From assembly GCA_977017645.1 (NCBI GenBank), contig CDRNVU010000061.1, positions 124,001 to 188,000 of the forward strand: a stretch of 64,000 bases of DNA, written 5' to 3'. Both the position numbers and the translations under genes were made by a program. This DNA is from Torpedo marmorata. Its lineage: Eukaryota. The notes beneath the pieces are model-generated. The model saw only the letters and a program-made list of their open reading frames with translations, did not search any database and was not told the origin of the DNA. Shown piece by piece: positions 11,936 to 26,587 of this stretch (position 1 is the stretch's first letter; every line of letters begins with the position of its first letter).

Positions 11936-14409
11936 CATTCAAAGATTATAAGATCCCTGGTTCATTTAATGAAGCCAGTATATATTTAATTCTAAAGAAA
12001 GCGAAAGCATCAACAGAATGTACATCTTATAGACCCAATTCAGTACTTAATGTTGATATTAAGATTTTATCTAAATTTTTAGCCCATATATTAGAAAATA
12101 TTCCACCAATAATTATCGATTCGGATCAGACCGGTTTTATTACAAACCGTTATTTATGTTATAACATTCATAGATTATTGAATATTTTATACTTTCCCTC
12201 CACCACTGCGATGGAATGTGTCCTTTAATTAGATGCTGAAAAGTCGTTTGATCGGGTGGAATGGGAGTATCTGTTTGCAGCATTAGAAAAACGTAATTTT
12301 GGTCTGGATTTTAATAATTGGATTAAATTATTATATTCATGACATATGGCCTCAGTGCAATCCAATTCACAACAATCAAAAATGTTAAGGCTCAATAGAC
12401 GAACGCGTCAAGTTTGCCCTTTGTATCCTTTGCTTTTTGATATTGTTTTAGAACCAATGGCTGTCGCTCTCCGACAGTGTAGAAAATTCAAAGGTGTAAC
12501 AAGATGTGGAATTGAACATAAAGTATCTCTTTATTCATATGATTTATTGCTTTTTATTTCAAATCCTGAGGTTTCTATACCAAATATATTAACTTAGTTT
12601 ACTCAATTTAGACAATTTTCAGGGTTTAAATTAAATTTACATAAGAGTGAATTATTGCCTTTAAGAGGACCTCTAGTTAGTTATTCTAAGTTTCAGTTTA
12701 AAATAGTGAATGATCAATTGCAATATTTAGGAATTACAGTTACAAAAGTCATAAAAATTTAATGAAAGAGAATTTCTGGGTACTACTTAATAAGATTAAA
12801 CCGTTATTATCAGGTTGGTCACCCTTATCAATCACAATGTTAGGTCGTATCAATTCAATTAAAATGAACATTTTGCCTACATTTCTTTATCTTTTCCAAG
12901 CCTTACCAATTTGTATCCCTCAGGTTTTTTTTTACTTCATTAGATTCGATGCTTTCTTCGTATATATGTCAGGGAAAACAAGCACGCATAAATAAAACCC
13001 TTCTGCAAAAGTCTAAAACTAATTGGGGGATTATCACTTCCAGATTTTAGATATTATTATTGGGCGATTAATATTCGTAATTTGCTTTTATTTTTTTATT
13101 TTTATAAGTTATAGGTTCACCCTTTATGGGTAGAAATGGAACTGAAGTTTTCAAAAAAGACATCTTTGTCGGCATTTTTGTGGTCCGTTTTACCATTATC
13201 CTTTTACAAATTAACTCATAAACGGTTATTGGGATATAAGTTGAGAATATGGCTTCAGTTCAGAATTTATTTTTGTTTTTAATAGTTTTTCTAAAGCTAG
13301 TCCTATTACAGATAATCACCTTTTCCAGCCGTCCGAGTTGGACGCAGGATTTAAGGAATGGTATAGAAAGGGAATTCATATTTATAATGATCTTTTTATT
13401 CGAGATAACTTCGCCTCTTTTGAACAATTGGTAGCCAAATTTAATCTTTTTCGTATACATTTTTTTAGATATTTACAAATTAGACATTTTGTTCAGTCTA
13501 AATTATCAGATTTTCCTCGAATTTCAAATACTAATTTTCTCGATACATTATTTAATTTACGGTTCTTTTTTCAACGTGGATTAACGTCATGTATATATAA
13601 CGATTTATTCGATATAATATCAGTCCCTATGGCAGGGAGTAAAAATGATTGGGGACGTGATTTAACTATAATATTTGCAGACGAAGACTGGTGTGATACT
13701 CTTAGCTTGATTAACACCTCTTCTTTCTGTGCAAGACATTGTTTATTACAATTTAAGGTGGCACATAGAATCCATACGTCTAAATTAAATTATCTCGTTT
13801 TATGCATATACTTTATCCAAAATGTGAGAAGCGTAATTTTTTTGAAAACTCACTGTTCCATATATATTGGGAATGCCCAAATTTAGAGAGATTTTGGAAA
13901 TATATTTTTCAAACTTTATGGAAGATTTTTAAGATTAAAATAGAACCATGTCCGTTTATTGCTTTGTTTGTTTTTTCACGTGAACCAAATATACCTCTTT
14001 CTGCATCTTAGAAGAACGTTCTAGCCTATTCCACCTTGATCGCCGGACGAGCAATTTATTGAAATTGAAAGATGATTCATCACCGATACATTGACAGTGG
14101 TTACAGGATGTAATGTCTTATCTGAGCTTGGAGAAAATTGGATATAATATGAAAGATAGACAGTTTCAATTTCTAAAGATATGGGGCCCATTCATAGAAT
14201 ACTATCATGATTGGAAGAATTAGTAAACGTGAATGTTCCGAGGATTCTCTGTCCGAGGTCTGGAGATCGCTATCTGATCCATTTTCTCTTTTCTTTGTTA
14301 TAAAGGTAACCTTTATAAAGGGAGGGGTTAGATTAGAATTAGCTTTTAGAATTGTGTTTTTTTGGAATTTTTAAAATATTTTACATTTTAGTCAATAATT
14401 TTGAATACT
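11936..14409 (+). mobile_element. 5'-truncated L1-like LINE (RT to C-terminus), decayed; 3'UTR resumes at 24328-24510
   Basis: [60 protein letters not shown]. The tail TTAATAAAAACATATTTTAAAAAGAAAG at about 24480 matches the tail of the related copy at 29224. Confidence 0.85.
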
Positions 14410-15635
14410 GTAATTATTGCAGTAGAAAAGGATTCTGGAAGTGTATGAGTCACAGACGCTTGCTGTAACATATCCATAAAAATAGGAATTAATAATTCCT
14501 TAAACTCTTTATAAAACTCTGGCGGAAAACCATCCTCTCCCGGTGCTTTATTACTTTGTAATGAAATCATTGCATCTTTCACTTCCTTCTGCGTAAACTG
14601 GGTACTTAATTCTAATTGCTCTTGCATATTTAATCTTGGTAAATTTATCTGTGATAAATATCCATCGATTTTACTATCATCTTGCAGGGACTCTGATTTA
14701 TATAAATCAGAATAGAATTTTTTTAAATAATCATTTATTATTTGAGGTTTATAGCTAATAACATCAGCCTCACTTTTAACTGCATTAATTTTTCTTGATG
14801 CCTGTTCTGTTTTTAATTGCCATGATAGTACTTTATGTGAACGTTCACCTAACTCATAATATCTTTGCTTAGTTCTTATAATAATCTTCTCCATTCTATG
14901 TCTGTAAAACATTATATTGAATTTTTTTATTAATTAATTGTCTACGTTTATCCACAGAGCTCCGCTTTTGTAGATCCTTATCTAAAATTGTTATTTTTTT
15001 TCTAATTGGTGTATTTCTCTCATATATTCTTTTTTAATTTTTGAAGAATAACTTATGATTTGACCTCTTAAATATACTTTCAAAGTTTCCCATATTACAA
15101 ATTTATCAGGCACGGAGTTTAGATTTGTTTCACAAAATATCTGTATTTGTCTCCTTATAAAATCACACAAATCTGTTATTGTAATAATAAAGGGTTTAAT
15201 CTCCATCTATATATAGATTTTTCTTTATCAGGTACAACAACTGTCATCAATAAAGGTGAATGATCAGACAAAATCCTTGCTTTATAGTCTGCTTCTAGAA
15301 TTTTGTCTTGCAGTTGAGCTGAAACAAAAAATCAATCAATTCTGGAATAAGAGTCATGCCTACTAGAATAAAATTAAAAATCTTTATCCCAAGGATGAAT
15401 TCTTCTCCAAGCATCTATCAAGTTTAAATCATTCATTAATACCAGCGTAGCTTTAGGTGCCTTAGTTCTCTTCACTCCTCTTTTAGACTTATCTAAGACC
15501 GGATCTAAACAAAAGTTGAAATCTCCCCCTATTATAATATTCTCATGTGCTTCCGCTATATAAAGAAAAGTATATTGAATACACTTATCATCATCCATAT
15601 TGGGACCATATATATTCAAAAACGTCCAAAATTCT

Positions 15636-18600
15636 TTTTTTTTTTTATTTAATATTTTTATTTAGTTTTTAAAATCACAAAATACATAATCAAAAATAAT
15701 ATATTATTCAAAATACATGTGATACATTTACCATCCCCCCTCCCTCCCTCCCCTCCCCAACCCACCCACACAATTCTAATAAAAAAAGAAAAATAAGAAT
15801 ATATAAAAATGTTAGTTAAAAGAAAAGAAATAGAATGAGAAATAAAGTTAAGAGAGTTAGTATGAGGAGAAAACTATTTCAAACTAACTCTATTTGTATA
15901 TTGGAGGTTACTTTTGTCAGCGGTACTAACTTTTAGAGAATTAATTCATACCCATAATTCTCATGTATGGGCTCCAAATTTTCAAAAAGAAATGATATTT
16001 GTCTCGTAAATTATACGTAATTTTTTCCAGTGGTATACAAGAACGTAACTCTGCATGTAATCTATCTAAATTCAAATCTAAGTCTGATTTCCAAGTAATA
16101 GCAATACATTTTTTTGAAATAGCTAACACGATTCTTAAAAATTCTATTTGGTACATATTTAATCTATTTCTAATACTAATTTTTTTTATATCTCCAAACA
16201 AAAATATCATAGGATCCATTGGAATCGTAATATTAAAAATTCTATCTAAAAAATCTTTGACTTTAAACCAAAAAATTTTAATTTTCAAACATGACCATGT
16301 ACAATGTACAAAAGAACCTATTTCATCTTTACATCTAAAACACATATCTGACAATGCCGGATTGAATTTCTTTAATTTTTTAGGTGTTATATATAATTGA
16401 TTAAAAAAATTATACTGTACTAATCTATATCTAACATTAATAATCTTAGTCATACTCAATTTACACAATTCTTTCCGGTGTTGTTCATCTATACTAGTAT
16501 TTAGATCTGATTCCCAATTTAATCTAGATTTATGCAGTCCTACTTTAGGTATCTTTTTCTGAAATAATTTATACATTTGCGATATAAATTTATTAACATT
16601 TCCATTAGTAATTAATAACTCTAACCCATCCTGTCTAGGAGATATTAATTGATTCCCTAATTTCTCAACTAAAAATCCTTTAACTTGATAATAAGCCAAA
16701 ATTGTATTATCCATTATTCCAAATTTTTCTTTCAATCTAGAAAAAGTAACAAATCTTCCTGCCTCAAAACAATCTTTAATCTTCTTAATTCCTTTTTGAT
16801 ACCATAATTTTAAAAATTGATTATCCATAGAAAATGGTAGTAATAAATTCTGATATAATGGCATATTTAAAGAAATTGATCCTTTTCGCCCTATTTCATT
16901 ATCTAATTGATTCCAAATCTCTAATAAATGTCTAATAATCGGTGACTTTTTCTTTTTAATCAATAATAATTTAGAATTCCATTTATAAATAATATCTTCC
17001 TTATTTCTTTCTCCTATATTACTTAATTCTATATTGATCCAAGCCGTATTTTTAGTTAAATCAAATAATTCATTTATAAATTTTAATTGTGCTGCCTTAT
17101 AATAATATTGAAAATTAGGAAGTTGTAGTCCACCCATTTCATATTCCCAAGTTAATTTATCCATACTTACTCTTGCCAATTTTCCTTTCCATAAAAACTT
17201 TCTAATAATACTTTTTAAATCTTTAAAAGTTTTTTGAGGAATACCAAAAGGTATAGATTGAAAAAGATATTGAACTCTTGGAAAAATATTCATTTTAATA
17301 CAGTTCACTCTTCCCATTAAAGTTATAGGTAAATCTTTCCAATTATCCAAATCCTTCTTTATTTTCTGAAATAAAGGTATATAATTTAATTTATATAAAT
17401 TTTCTAACTTTATATCCACTTTAACTCCCAAATATTTAATTGCTTCTTTAGCACATTTAAATTTTGTAACTTCTTTACATTTAGTATAATCTCCTTGAGA
17501 TAAAGCCATTATTTCACTTTTATCCGAATTTATTTTATATCCAGATATTTCACCATAATCCCTCAATATTTCATCTAATTGTTGAAGTGATTCAATAGAC
17601 TTTGTCATATATATTAATACATCATCTGCAAACAAACTAATTTTATGCTCTTCTGCACCTACTTTTATCCCATTTATATTCATATCTTTCCTAATCATTT
17701 CCGCAAACGGTTCTATTGCCAATACAAATAAAGCAGGTGACAATGGACATCCTTGTCTTGTTGACCGTGTCAAAGAAAATTTAGATGATATTTGACCATT
17801 TGTAATTACTTTAGCTGTAGGTTCCTTATATATAGTTTTAATTCAATTTATAAACGTATTTCCAAATCCATATTTCTCTAAAACCTTAAATAAAAACTTC
17901 CACTCTAATCTATCAAATGCTTTTTCTGCATCTAATGCCATCACTAACGGTAAATCCTGTTTCTTTTTTTGTAAATTAATCAAACTTATTAATCTTGCTA
18001 TATTATCCTTTGAATATCTATTTTTAATAAATCCTGCTTGATCTGGATGTATTAAAAATGGTAAAAACTTAGCTAGTCTATTTGTCAAAATTTTCGCCAT
18101 TAATTTATAATCTACATTTAACAATGATATAGGTCTATACGATTCAGTTTTCAATACATCTCTATCCTTCTTTGGTATAACTGTAATAACAGCATTTAAA
18201 AATGTTTTCGGTAATAACTGAGTTTCCTTTATTTGAGTCAATACTTCCATATATATAGGTATCAATAAATCTTTAAACTTCTTATAAAACTCTACAGGAA
18301 ATCCATCATCACCAGGAGATTTACCACTATTCAATGATGATAAAGCTTCACCTACTTCTCTCATTGTAATTGGTAAATCTAACAAATCTCTATTAGAACT
18401 ATTTAATTTGGGCAATATAATTTTAGATAAAAAATCATCAATTTTTACAACATCTTGACTCATTTGTGAAGTATATAAATTTTGATAATATTCTTTAAAA
18501 GAATTATTTATCTCTTGAGGTTTATAAGTTATATCTCCATTACTTTTCTTTATAGCATTTATAGTTTTAGAAACTTGTTCTTTCTTTAATTGCCATGCTA

Positions 18601-20111
18601 AAACTTTATGTGCTCTTTCTCCCAATTCATAATATCTTTGCTTTGTTCTACCAATTAATTTTTCTATTTTTCGAGTTTGTAATATATTATAATGTAATTT
18701 TTTCCCCATTAAACGTTGTCTCTTAAAAATTGTTTTATTTCTTTGAAAATCTTTTTCCATAACTTCAATCTCCCCCTCCAATTTTTCTTCTTCTTTCAAA
18801 TAATCTTTTCTGATTTTTGCCGAGAAGCTTATTATCAATCCTCTTAAATATGCTTTTAAAGATTCCCAGATTATAAACTTATCATCAACTGAATTGTTAT
18901 TAATTCTTAAAAATTCCTGAATTTCTTTTCTCATATATTCACAAAAATCTTTTCTATTTAATAAAGAAGAATCTAATCTCCAATTATATACAGTTTTTTC
19001 TTTCTCTGGAATTATACATGTCATTAATAACGGTGAATGGTCTGAAATTATTCTTGCTTTATAAGAAATTTGAGTTATTCTATCCTGAATTTGTGACGAT
19101 ATTAAAAATAAGTCAATCCTCGAGAATGAATTATGTCGAAAGGAATAAAATGAATAATCTTTTTCTCTAGGGTTTAACTTTCTCCAAATATCTACTAAAT
19201 TTAAATCATCCATTAAATTAATAATTCTTTTAACTATTTTAGGTCTAACAGATGTTTTAGATGTTTTATCCATATTCGCATTAAGACAACAATTGAAATC
19301 TCCCCCAATTAAAATATTTTCCTTAGCTTCAGATAAATGTAAACAAGTATCTTGAATAAATTGTTCATCCTCTGGGTTTATAATATATAAATTTAAAAAG
19401 GTCCATGTTTCTGAATAAATTTGACAATGCACCATAACAAACCTACCAGCTATATCCGTCACTACTGATTGTATTTTAAATGGTAATTTTTTATTGATTA
19501 AAATTGCTACTCCTCTCGCTTTAGAATTAAAAGACGAAGCTACTACATGTCCTACCCATTCTCTCTTCAACCTTTGATGTTCTTTATCAGTCAAATGTGT
19601 TTCCTGTAAAAAAGCTATATCTACTTTTAATTTTTTAATATATGCCAAAGTTATTTTCCTTTTAATTGGATTATTAAGCCCATTAACATTAATACTTACA
19701 AAATTAATACTTCTAGAATCAACCATAATTAAATTTTAAACATTCTCTATCTGTCAGATCCGCCGACGCATCCCTCCTATTCCGTTGATTACATATTTTC
19801 TCCTCAAATAGAGTGAAATAATAGAAAAGTAAGAAAAAAGAGCATCCCATAATTAACACTGGACTGTATATATCCCAGTGCTACCCCCCTCCGTCGCTCG
19901 AGAAGCGGTACAACCGCTAAAGTGGTGGTGGTTTCGGAAAAATTCCCAATGAGTCCACCTCCCCCAAACAGATAATTAATCATACATTTAATATTCAGTT
20001 AACTCCCCTCAAATTTTCACTTTCTTCTTCAATCTGGACCAACGCAGCTTCTTCGGTTATCAAACCTGGCATTTCATTCTCTCTTCTTACTTGACTTTCT
20101 TGCGCTTGTTG
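15636..20111 (-). mobile_element. Young L1/Tx1-like LINE truncated in ORF1; ORF2 19726-15941 with a single premature stop
   Basis: Perfect 16-bp TSD AAACGTCCAAAATTCT (15620-15635 and 20112-20127) and poly(A) at 15636-15646. The two ORF-track pieces are in the same frame, separated only by TGA at 17843-17845. Confidence 0.95.
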
Positions 20112-23100
20112 AAACGTCCAAAATTCTGAATATATCTGACAGTGAATCATTACATATCTCCCTGCAGGATCCGTCACAACGCCCTGAATTATAATTGGAA
20201 GATTCTTTTTTATTAAGATTGCCACACCCCATGCCTTAGAATTAAGTGAAGAGGCCGCTACATACCCCAACCAATCCCTTTTTAATTTCAAAAGTTCTTT
20301 CTCTGTTAATTGCGTCTCTTGTAAAAAAGCCACATCAACATCCAATTTTTTAATATACGCTAATACTCTATTCCTCTTAATTGGTCCATTTATCCCATTA
20401 ATATTAAAGTTCATAAATCTTACTATATTACTCATTTTAAATTACATATTTCTTTCCTTTTAATGTTACCTCTTCCAGCCCAGACCCCTAACTCTCTCCC
20501 TTTTACTTCATTCTTCAATCTCCATCGCGTCAACATATGTCCCCCCCAGCAATCCATACATATAGAAATGGAAAAATATAAAATTAAAGAATACACTCCC
20601 CCCTTCCACAAAATTAAAAAAAGGCTAACTACATCCCCTCTAGCGCTTTTAAAATATATAGCGATACCCCTCTATTTTAAGGGTCTCGACCAAAGTCGCA
20701 AAAGTACACATGATTACAGTAGTAGTCAGGACATCATTCTACACCCCCCACAACCCCCTGGTATAACATTATATATATATTATTTTCAAAGAAAAGAAGT
20801 ACAAAGACAAAAAAGTGAATCATCAGTTTTTTTCCATATTTACAAACTGATTTAAGATGTTCTATCACCAATTGTAAAACATTATCTTTTCTAACGTCCA
20901 TCCGTAACCTGCGGAAGTTCGTTAGCAAATTCCTCTGCCAGAGTATAGTTTGTAAATATTTTGTTTTGTTGGTCTGGTAGAAAGCGCTTCAAGGTCGCAG
21001 GATGTCGCAGTACAAATCTGTAGCCCTTCTCCCAAAGGATCTTTTTAGCTGGGTTGAATTCCTTCCTTCTCTTCATTAAGTCAGCACTGATATCAGGATC
21101 AAAAAGAATTCTGGCCTCCTTATATATCAAAGGGCTACGTCTTTCTCTTGCGTGCTCCATTGCTATTTGTAAAACTCCCTCCCTATCTTGATAACGCAGA
21201 AATGTAATTAAAATTGAACGTGGATTTTGATCTTGTGACGGTTTTGCTTTTAGAGCACTGTGTGCTCTTTCAATTTCAATTGTATGATCAAACCTATCTG
21301 CACCCAGTACATCAGGTATCCAAGTTTTAATAAAAGCAAACATATCTATCCGAAAAGGGTGCCCATTGTCACCATATTTATTTATATTATCTATAGAACC
21401 ATTGTCAGAGGCAATTAGAAGTGATTTGGCAATTAAGGGATTTACAGTTGGTCAAGTGCAACATAAAATCAGTTTATTTGCGGATGATGTTTTAATATAT
21501 TTGACAGAGCCTGAGACCTCTCTGCAAATATTGCATTTTAAATTTGACGAATATAGAAAAGTTTCTGGTTATAAGATAAACTTGGATAAAATTGAAATTG
21601 TGCCTCTAACAGAGGGAGATTATACTTCATGGAAAAAAGCACTCAGTTTAAATGACCACATAATGGGATAAAATATCTCGGTATTCGAACAGATAATAAT
21701 TTTAAAAATCTATATAAATGGAATTATCTAGAACTACTTAAAAATATTAAAGAAGATTTGAAAAAATTGATTAATTTACCTTTTGATAGGAAGAGTTAAC
21801 TGTACTAAAATCAATATATTTCCAAGGATACAGTATTTGTATCAAACTATACCTATTTTATTACCACGGGTTTTTTTTCAGGATTTAAATAAACAAGTGC
21901 GAAATTTCTTTGGAAAGGTAAAATGCCAAGAGTTTCTATGGAACGTTTAACATGGAAATACGAATTGGGAGGTTTACAACTCCCTAATTTTAAAATTATT
22001 ACCGAGTGGCACAAATGAGATTTGTTACATCTTTTTTTGAAAGTTAAGGAAGACCTCCATGGGTTTGAATAGAGCATGGAGAAGTAGGAGAAAAGGTACC
22101 AGAAGAATTTATAAATAAATGGAATTCAAAATTATTGACAGGTGTTAAAGAAACACCGTTACTAAAACATTTGATTTATGCTTGGAACAAGATTAATGAT
22201 GAGATAGGGATGAAAGGAACTATATCACCTGAAACGTCATTGATACAGGATAATCTTATACCTTTTACAAAGGATAATCAATTTTTAAACATATGGTCAC
22301 AGAAATGAATATAGAAGATAGACGATTGTTATGAAGGGAACCAATTGATGTCGTTTACACAATTACGAAACAAATATGGAATATCCAATAATACTCTTTT
22401 ATGTTATTTTCAATTAAGAGGGTATTTAAGTGTGAAACTAGGTCCGGATATATTGTTAAAAGATGGTAGTGAGGTAGAAACCCTTACTAGGAAAGGAAAT
22501 ATTAAAGAAAATACTTCTATAATGTATTCTTTGTTACAAAGGGGAGTTTTAAAACAAGGACTTCATAAATCTAGACAAAGATGGGAGCAAGATCTTAATG
22601 TTATAATTGATGATGGTCGGATTTATGCCCAGATAGTTTGAGCAATATTATTAATGTAAGATATAGATTAGTACAGTATAATTTTTTACATCAACTATAT
22701 CTTACACCATAGAAATTGAATAAGATAAAATCTACATTATCAAGTAAGTGTTTTAGATGTGGTGAAGAGGAGGGAACTTTTTTACATTCAACATGGTTAT
22801 GCCCTAAAGTAAAATGTTTTTGGATAGAGTTAGGGAATCGGTTAAAACAAATTACAGGTGTTACATTTCCACAGAATCCTGATTTATATTTATTAGAAAA
22901 TGTAGAAGGAACTAGACCAAAGTTGAAGTTATCAACATATCAATTGAAATTTGTAAAAATTGCTTTATCAGTAGCAAGGAAATGTATAGCAGTAACTTGG
23001 AAATCAGATACAAATTTAGGCATGGATAGATGGAATATGGAGATGCGGAGTTGTATTCCATTGTAAAAAATAACATATAATATGAGAAACAAATATGGGA

Positions 23101-23287
23101 TATTTTTTGCAAATTTGGCGTCCATATATCCAATCATTAGGTGTGAACATTTAAATGTGTTGCTCTACATCCTAGACCCTGTTGACTCTCTCAAATTTAA
23201 AGAAGAAATATTGTTGAATACCACGCGTCGAATGGTGGACCCAGCAGCGATCCGTGCAGATGATTTTTTAATAAGCTTTTTAATAAT

Positions 23288-24065
23288 GGTGGGCCTTATC
23301 AGTACGAATGACGAGTCAGCATACAGAGATGAGGTGCAGTCGCTAAATAAATGGTGCGGAAACAACAACCTGCAGCTGAACGTAAACTAAACAAAAGAGT
23401 TGGTTGTCGACTTCAGAATGGCCCGGGGGATCTTTCTCCTTTGACCATGGACGGCTCTACCGTTGAGGTCGTAAAGGGAACCAAGTTTCTCGGAGTGCAC
23501 CTGGCGGAGAGTCTCAGCTCGTCCCTAAACACCAGTTCCATAATCAAGAAAGCCCAGCAGCGTCTTTACTTCCTGCGAAGACTGAGGGAAGTTCATCTCC
23601 AACCCCCTATCTTTACTACATTCTACAGGGGATGTATTGAGAGTATTCTGAGCAATTTCATCACCTCTTTGTTTGGTAACTGTACCACCTCGGACCGAAA
23701 GGCCCTGCAGAGGATAGTGAGGGCAGCGGAGAAAATTATTGGAGTCTCTCTCCCCACCATGACAGACATCTACAACACAAGATGCATGAGAAAGGCTAGA
23801 AACATTGTGAAGGACTTCTCACACCCCTTTCCATCTGGAAGGAGTTTCCGAAGCACATAGGATCGTACGTCCAGACTGTGCAACAGTTTTTGTTCCCCCA
23901 AGCCATCAGGCTCCTCAACTCCTAGATATATATATGCTATAGTTTTTTCTATTGTATTATGATACTTATGTATATCTGCCCATGGTCCTGGAGAAACGCT
24001 ATCTCGTCTTACTGTGAATATGGTAATGAACGACAAATAAAGGTGACTTGACTTGACTTGACTTG
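23288..24065 (+). mobile_element. Rex1/Babar LINE 3' fragment
   Basis: [40 protein letters not shown]. Ends AATAAA + (GACTT)n. Confidence 0.9.
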
Positions 24066-24510
24066 CCAATGCCTTCCTTTCTCTTCTTTTCTTTTAGTTT
24101 TTAGTAAGGGGAGGGAATTAAAGGGAGGGGAAGGGTGGAGGGTGGGGTAGCAACATTATAGAGGGTGGGTTGAGGGATGGGTTAGATACACTGTAATACA
24201 AATTATGTTTTTTATTTACTGGAATTAATAATGTATATTACGTATGTTGTACTACTGTGAGGAAATTCAAAATTTAAAATAAAACATTAAAAAAATAAAA
24301 AATAAAAAAATAATAATTTGGAATACTAGTTTTAACATGAATTTATAACATGTTCATAAAGTTCTATATTTTAACTTGGGAATTGGTTAATGAAGTTTCA
24401 TTTACTTGTTTTTCCTTTGAATTTGTCTGATTACATGTTTTTATTTTTTTTATCTTGTATATTTGTTTATATGTTAAACTTAATAAAAACATATTTTAAA
24501 AAGAAAGAAA

Positions 24511-25668
24511 GACAATGTCCCACATGGAAGGTTAGTCAAGAAGGTTCAGATGCTCGGTATTCATGGTGATGCAGTAAACTATATTCGAAAATATCTTGAC
24601 GGGAGAACCCATGGAGTAGTGGTGGATGATTACTTGTCAGACGGGAGGCCTATGACTAATTGTGTGCCTCAGGGATCGGTGCTGATATCAGTGTTGTTTG
24701 TCATCTATATCAATTATATGGATGATAATGTGGTAAATTGAATGAGAAAATTTGCAGATGATACTGAGATTGCAGTTGTTGTGGACAGCGAATACGGTTT
24801 TCAAAATTTGCAGAGGGATCTGGATTTGATGAAAAAGTGTGCTGAAATATTGCAAATGGGATTTAATGCAAACAAGTCTGAAGTGCTGCATTTTGATATG
24901 ACAAACGAAGAAAATATATACAGGGTAAATGGTAAGCCACTGATGAGTGTGGTAGAACAGAGGAATCTGGGAATACAGATACCTAATTCCCCGAAAGTGG
25001 CGTCACAGGTAGATAGGTTTGTAAAGAGATCTTTTGGCATATTGGCGTTCATAAATCAAATTATTGTGAATACGAGTTGGGATGTTATGGTAAAGATGTA
25101 TAAGAATTTCGTGAGGCCAAATTTGGAATATTGTGTGAATTCTGGTCAGGTAACTGCAAGAAATATATCAACAAGGCAGAAAGAATGCAGAGAAGATTTA
25201 CTTGGATGTTGCCCGGACTTCAGGAATTGACTTACATGGAAAGTTTAAACAGGTTATAACTTTATTCCCTGGAGCGCAGATGAATGAGTGAAGATTTGAT
25301 AGAGGTATTTAAAATTATGAGGGGGAGATACAGAGTAAAAGTAGATAGGCTTTTTCCACTGAGGGTAGGAGAGATACAAACCAGAGGACATGGGTTAAGG
25401 GTGAAAGGGGAAACGTTTAGGGGGAAATAACGGATAATTTCTTCAAACAGACAGTGGTGGAGCGTGGAACGTGCTTCCAGCTGAAGTCGTGAATACGGGC
25501 TCAGTTTTAACAAGTAAGAAGAATTTGGTCTGGTACATAGATGGGAGAGGTATGGGTGGCTATGGACTGGGTGCAGGTCAGTGGCACCAGGCGGCAGAAT
25601 AGTTCGGCACGGACTACAATTGCCGAAGTGGTTTTTCTGTGCTGTAACGTTCTATGATTCTATGTTAC
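24511..25668 (+). mobile_element. CR1 LINE 3' fragment, older
   Basis: VPQGSVL, FADDT, VRPNLEYC; TTCTATG-repeat tail; many disablements. Confidence 0.88.
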
Positions 25669-25712
25669 TGAACATATTTTCGAGTACAACAAAGGGATAA
25701 TCGGGTATCGTT

Positions 25713-26587
25713 TTATTTCCAGAGCTGCCCATTAAATGGCAAGAGATATTTCGACCAATTCTTCAGCTCTTCCCTGAATTTCCTCTGTGACAATATGTAG
25801 ATACACGTGTTGGTACAATTACTGAGAAACAGGAACATCAATCCAAATTGTTGAAGGATGTACAACGGGGTGCTGAAATATCTGTCAGTGTAGAAATAGT
25901 TTTGCTTTTGCCATGTAATCGTATGTAAAACTTCGGGAAACCACAGTAAAATGAAATTGGCTGAGAGAGCGAACAACAAAATCATGGAATTTCTCCGTTT
26001 TTCCACCTCTGAATCCTTCCGATTCTCGCTGTAACACCGGAATTTTCGTCGGACGCGATTTGCCGCTACAATATGATTGATGGTTAATGCATTAAAAAAC
26101 ACGATCAAAGCGATTGGTAATAATGGCGTCATGACAATATAAAATAACTCATACGCCTTCCATAAGCCCGAAGTCATGTATTCATCACTGGTTACGCAGC
26201 GCTGTGGATCCACTGCGAAGTAATATGGAACAGAATGAGCACTGCTTACTGCCCCCACTGTCAACATTACCACAGTCGCTGTTCGCTCGGTGCAGTATCG
26301 TTTTCGCATCGTCCGACAGCAAATGGCGATATAGCGATCGAAAGTGAAAGCCACCGTGAACCAAACGGAACAGTCCGTGCTGACGATCTGCAGGACAAGT
26401 GTAACTGAGCAAAATGGGGTGTTGAGCAAGAAATTCGAGAACAAATATATAGAATTAATCTGTTGCATTATAACAGCGACGATAACCACCATCAGATCTG
26501 CCGCCGCCATCATTAACAGGTAGAGAGTGATGCATTTGGAGAGACCACAATTTCCGCGGCAGAGGATGACAATCGCAATGAGATTAA
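25713..26587 (-). CDS. GPR139/GPR142-like class A GPCR, coding exon 2 (TM1-TM7 and C-tail)
   Basis: Acceptor tttcctgcag|TT at 26588/26587. Open frame NLIAIVILCRGNCGLSKCITLYLLMMAAADL...FTFDRYIAICC...TPLLP...FILLWFP...NTCIY...FREELK with seven hydrophobic segments and a DRY motif. Total CDS is 945 nt with no stops. Confidence 0.93.

Larger units (their letters stand above)
14410..24311. mobile_element. L1 with 5' inversion: ORF1/EN part on minus (14410-15635, 20112-21340), RT/3' part on plus (21345-24311)
   Basis: Flanked by a 15/16 TSD: AATAATTTTGAATACT (14394-14409) and AATAATTTGGAATACT (24312-24327). ORF1 IERAH/PRSIL/PDISA, EN NINGIN/FLQET/SDHSP, RT GCPLSPYLF/FADD. A-rich tail at 24275-24311. 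Confidence 0.85.

Noticed and set aside
24045-24065. Short tandem repeats ((GACTT)n; also (TTCAAGA)n and (ATATGGTT)n elsewhere) as CRISPR-like arrays
   Set aside because: No spacers; they are LINE-type 3' tails in eukaryotic DNA.
25713-26513. 266-aa single-exon GPCR as given by the ORF track
   Set aside because: It starts within TM2. The frame extends to a splice acceptor at 26588 and a matching exon 1 exists.
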